Shown here piece by piece: positions 17,228 through 19,360 of a DNA stretch of 19,360 nucleotides. A program made the translations under genes and the position numbers. The stretch is taken from contig JBIKLL010000052.1 of assembly GCA_044359815.1 (NCBI GenBank), positions 1 through 19,360 on the forward strand. Reading direction: 5' to 3'. Source of the stretch: Pseudobdellovibrionaceae bacterium. Lineage in GTDB: Bacteria > Bdellovibrionota > Bdellovibrionia > Bdellovibrionales > Bdellovibrionaceae. Under the pieces are notes generated by a model. It saw only the letters and a list, made by a program, of their open reading frames with translations. It had not been told where the DNA came from and made no database searches. Position 1 is the stretch's first letter. The number at the start of each line of letters is the position of its first letter.

Positions 17228-17254
17228 TTTTAATGGTTATGAAGTCCATTAAAA
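17228..17254. promoter_or_regulatory. Perfect 9-N9-9 inverted repeat in the divergent promoter region
   Basis: TTTTAATGG-TTATGAAGT-CCATTAAAA; function not established. Confidence 0.45.
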
Positions 17255-17300
17255 GAAGTTTTTTGACCCACCATATTCACCTGTGAAAGACTGAGAAACT

Positions 17301-19106
17301 ATGAAATTTGTAGCAGAAACCAAAAGAACAAACTATTGCGGAAATATTACTGAATCAATGGCGGGTCAAAAAGTCGTCGTCATGGGCTGGGTGGACACGC
17401 GTCGCGACCACGGAAGCTTGGTTTTTATTGATTTGCGTGATCGTGAGGGCATTGTCCAGGTTGTTTTGGACCCTAAATCCAAGGACACTGCTGCTGCAAA
17501 AGACCTGCGTGGAGAATTTGTTTTGGCGGTCGAGGGCACGGTGCGTGTGCGTCCAGAGGGCATGCGCAATAGCAAAATCAAAACAGGTAGCATAGAAATC
17601 GAAGCCACTCGTTGCGAAATCTTAAACGCGGCGGCCACTCCTCCATTTCAAATACAAGATGAAAATGTCAGCGAAACCTTGAGGCTACAATACAGGTATT
17701 TGGATTTGCGATCTCCCAGATTGCAATCGCGGATTATGACCAGACACAAGGTTGTTTATTCGGTCAGAAAATTTTTAAATGATATGGGATTTTTGGAAGT
17801 CGAAACTCCGATTTTGTTTAAGTCCACACCTGAAGGCGCTCGTGATTATTTGGTCCCATCCAGAGTCAATCCTGGAAAATTCTATGCTCTTCCGCAAAGT
17901 CCTCAGATGCTGAAACAACTTTTGATGGTGGCTGGCTACGATAGATATTTTCAGATTGCCAGATGTTTTAGGGACGAGGACCTGCGCGCTGACAGGCAGC
18001 CCGAGTTCAGTCAAATCGATATCGAAATGTCATTTATCGACCAAGAAGACATTATGGATTTGAATGAAAAACTGCTTCGCCATATTTGGCGTGAGGTCAA
18101 AGGCGTTGATGTCGGCAGGATTCCACGCATGACATATTTTGAAGCCATGGATAAATACGGCATTGATAAACCTGATACACGGTTTGCAATGTTGATTCAG
18201 GATTTGGCCGAGGACGCAAAGGGTTCTGGATTTAAAGTTTTTGAAGACGTTATCAGTCGGGGCGGAATCGTTCGTGGTATCTGTGTGCCTGGCGGTGGTT
18301 CCATGTCACGGGGCCAATTGGATAAGCTAACAGACATGGTTAAAAAAGCTGGCGCCAAGGGCATGGTCTGGATCAAATGGGATCAGTCAGGTGTGACCTC
18401 TGTGGCTTCGAAATTTTTTAATGATGATAAGCTTAAAAACATAGTGGCAAAATGTGGTGGTAAACAGGGCGATGCCTGCCTAATTGTGGCTGATGATTAT
18501 GACATTGCCTGTGCGGCGCTTTCAACATTGCGATTGCATTTGGGTCGTGAGTTGAATTTGATTGATACAACCAAGGATAAATTTTTGTGGGTAGTGGATT
18601 TTCCATTGCTGGAGTATTCACCCGATGAAAAACGATGGGTCGCCAGACATCATCCGTTCACATCACCCAAGGACGAACATTTTGATTGGTTGATAAATGG
18701 TGATGAATCCCAGTTTCCTAAATTGTTAGCCAAGGCCTACGATCTGGTCTGCAATGGCTACGAAATGGGTGGAGGCAGTATCAGGATTTATCGCAACGAT
18801 GTTCAGCAAGCATTGTTTAGAACTTTGGGTATGAGTGAACAAGACACAAAAAACAAATTTGGATTTTTCTTGGAAGCTTTAAAATACGGAACTCCACCGC
18901 ATGGTGGGATTGCATGGGGAGTGGATCGATTGGTTATGATTTTGTGTGGTACCGAGGCCATCCGTGAAGTCATCGCCTTTCCAAAAACAGCCAAGGCTTC
19001 ATGCTTGATGTCTGATTGCCCCAGCGAGGTTAACCGCGATCAATTGACAGAGGTCGGCGTCAAACTGTCGCCCGCCGCTGAAAAAGCCTTGGGTCCTCAG
19101 TCTTAG
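17301..19106 (+). CDS. aspS: Aspartate--tRNA ligase, probably non-discriminating (Asp/Asn)
   Basis: OB-fold RRDHGSLVFIDLRD, STPEGARDYLVP, LPQSPQ, motif 2 FRDEDLRADRQPEF, GAD insert, motif 3 PPHGGIAWGVDR. Confidence 0.98.
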   Translation: MKFVAETKRTNYCGNITESMAGQKVVVMGWVDTRRDHGSLVFIDLRDREGIVQVVLDPKSKDTAAAKDLRGEFVLAVEGTVRVRPEGMRNSKIKTGSIEIEATRCEILNAAATPPFQIQDENVSETLRLQYRYLDLRSPRLQSRIMTRHKVVYSVRKFLNDMGFLEVETPILFKSTPEGARDYLVPSRVNPGKFYALPQSPQMLKQLLMVAGYDRYFQIARCFRDEDLRADRQPEFSQIDIEMSFIDQEDIMDLNEKLLRHIWREVKGVDVGRIPRMTYFEAMDKYGIDKPDTRFAMLIQDLAEDAKGSGFKVFEDVISRGGIVRGICVPGGGSMSRGQLDKLTDMVKKAGAKGMVWIKWDQSGVTSVASKFFNDDKLKNIVAKCGGKQGDACLIVADDYDIACAALSTLRLHLGRELNLIDTTKDKFLWVVDFPLLEYSPDEKRWVARHHPFTSPKDEHFDWLINGDESQFPKLLAKAYDLVCNGYEMGGGSIRIYRNDVQQALFRTLGMSEQDTKNKFGFFLEALKYGTPPHGGIAWGVDRLVMILCGTEAIREVIAFPKTAKASCLMSDCPSEVNRDQLTEVGVKLSPAAEKALGPQS

Positions 19107-19127
19107 TTTATTTACGAAAATAGAAGT

Positions 19128-19360
19128 TTTAAATTTAAAAAACACTTCTATGATTTTACATCTTTTGAATACCCGCTAACGGCCGCAAGCTCATCTCTCG
19201 TATTGCGTAAATGCAAAGGTAATTTGTTTTTACTGTTTTTAGACACATGCAGCGAGCGCGCGGGGCATATCTGGTGTTGAGTCATTTAGATTAATCAGTT
19301 TTGTGATAATTTATTAATCGTAAAACTGATTAATCTAAATGACTCAATACGAGAGATGAG
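19128..19360 (+). repeat. Intergenic modular repeat element, right copy, with nested inverted repeats; probably truncated by the window edge
   Basis: Homology to the reverse complement of 2-121. Perfect 26-bp IR at 19277-19302/19322-19347. Perfect 16-bp IR at 19190-19205/19345-19360. Confidence 0.88.

Noticed and set aside
17228..17254. CIRCE element upstream of the rpoH operon
   Set aside because: Geometry matches but the arm sequence does not resemble TTAGCACTC.
19190..19360. Mini-CRISPR array (recurring ~20-bp motif about 75 bp apart)
   Set aside because: Copies are degenerate and one is inverted, the intervening sequence is itself shared with the left-end copy, and no cas genes are present.

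Overview
Chromosomal window from a probable Bdellovibrionota (Bdellovibrio-like) bacterium. The assignment is inferred from the deltaproteobacterial-type flagellar, FliA and RpoH proteins and an 'AFQNC' lipobox. Core content: a SPOR-domain membrane protein divergent from suhB; a sigma54-headed flagellar operon (fliL-M-N-O-P-Q-R-flhB-flhA-flhF-flhG-fliA); a PHA-system-family gene coupled to an rpoH-like sigma factor; and aspS. Between the convergent fliA and rpoH lies a ~2.9 kb accessory slot. It holds a degenerating 15-bp tandem repeat, two apparent C-terminal gene remnants (an unrecognised Cys/SGYY repeat and an NHL propeller), a secreted 8-Cys two-repeat protein, and a lipoprotein with DKNYY-like repeats behind a sigma28-like, apparently leaderless promoter. 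Both ends of the window carry inverted copies of an unannotated ~120-bp modular intergenic repeat; the right copy includes a 26-bp perfect hairpin. All calls come from reading the sequence by eye; no searches were run.
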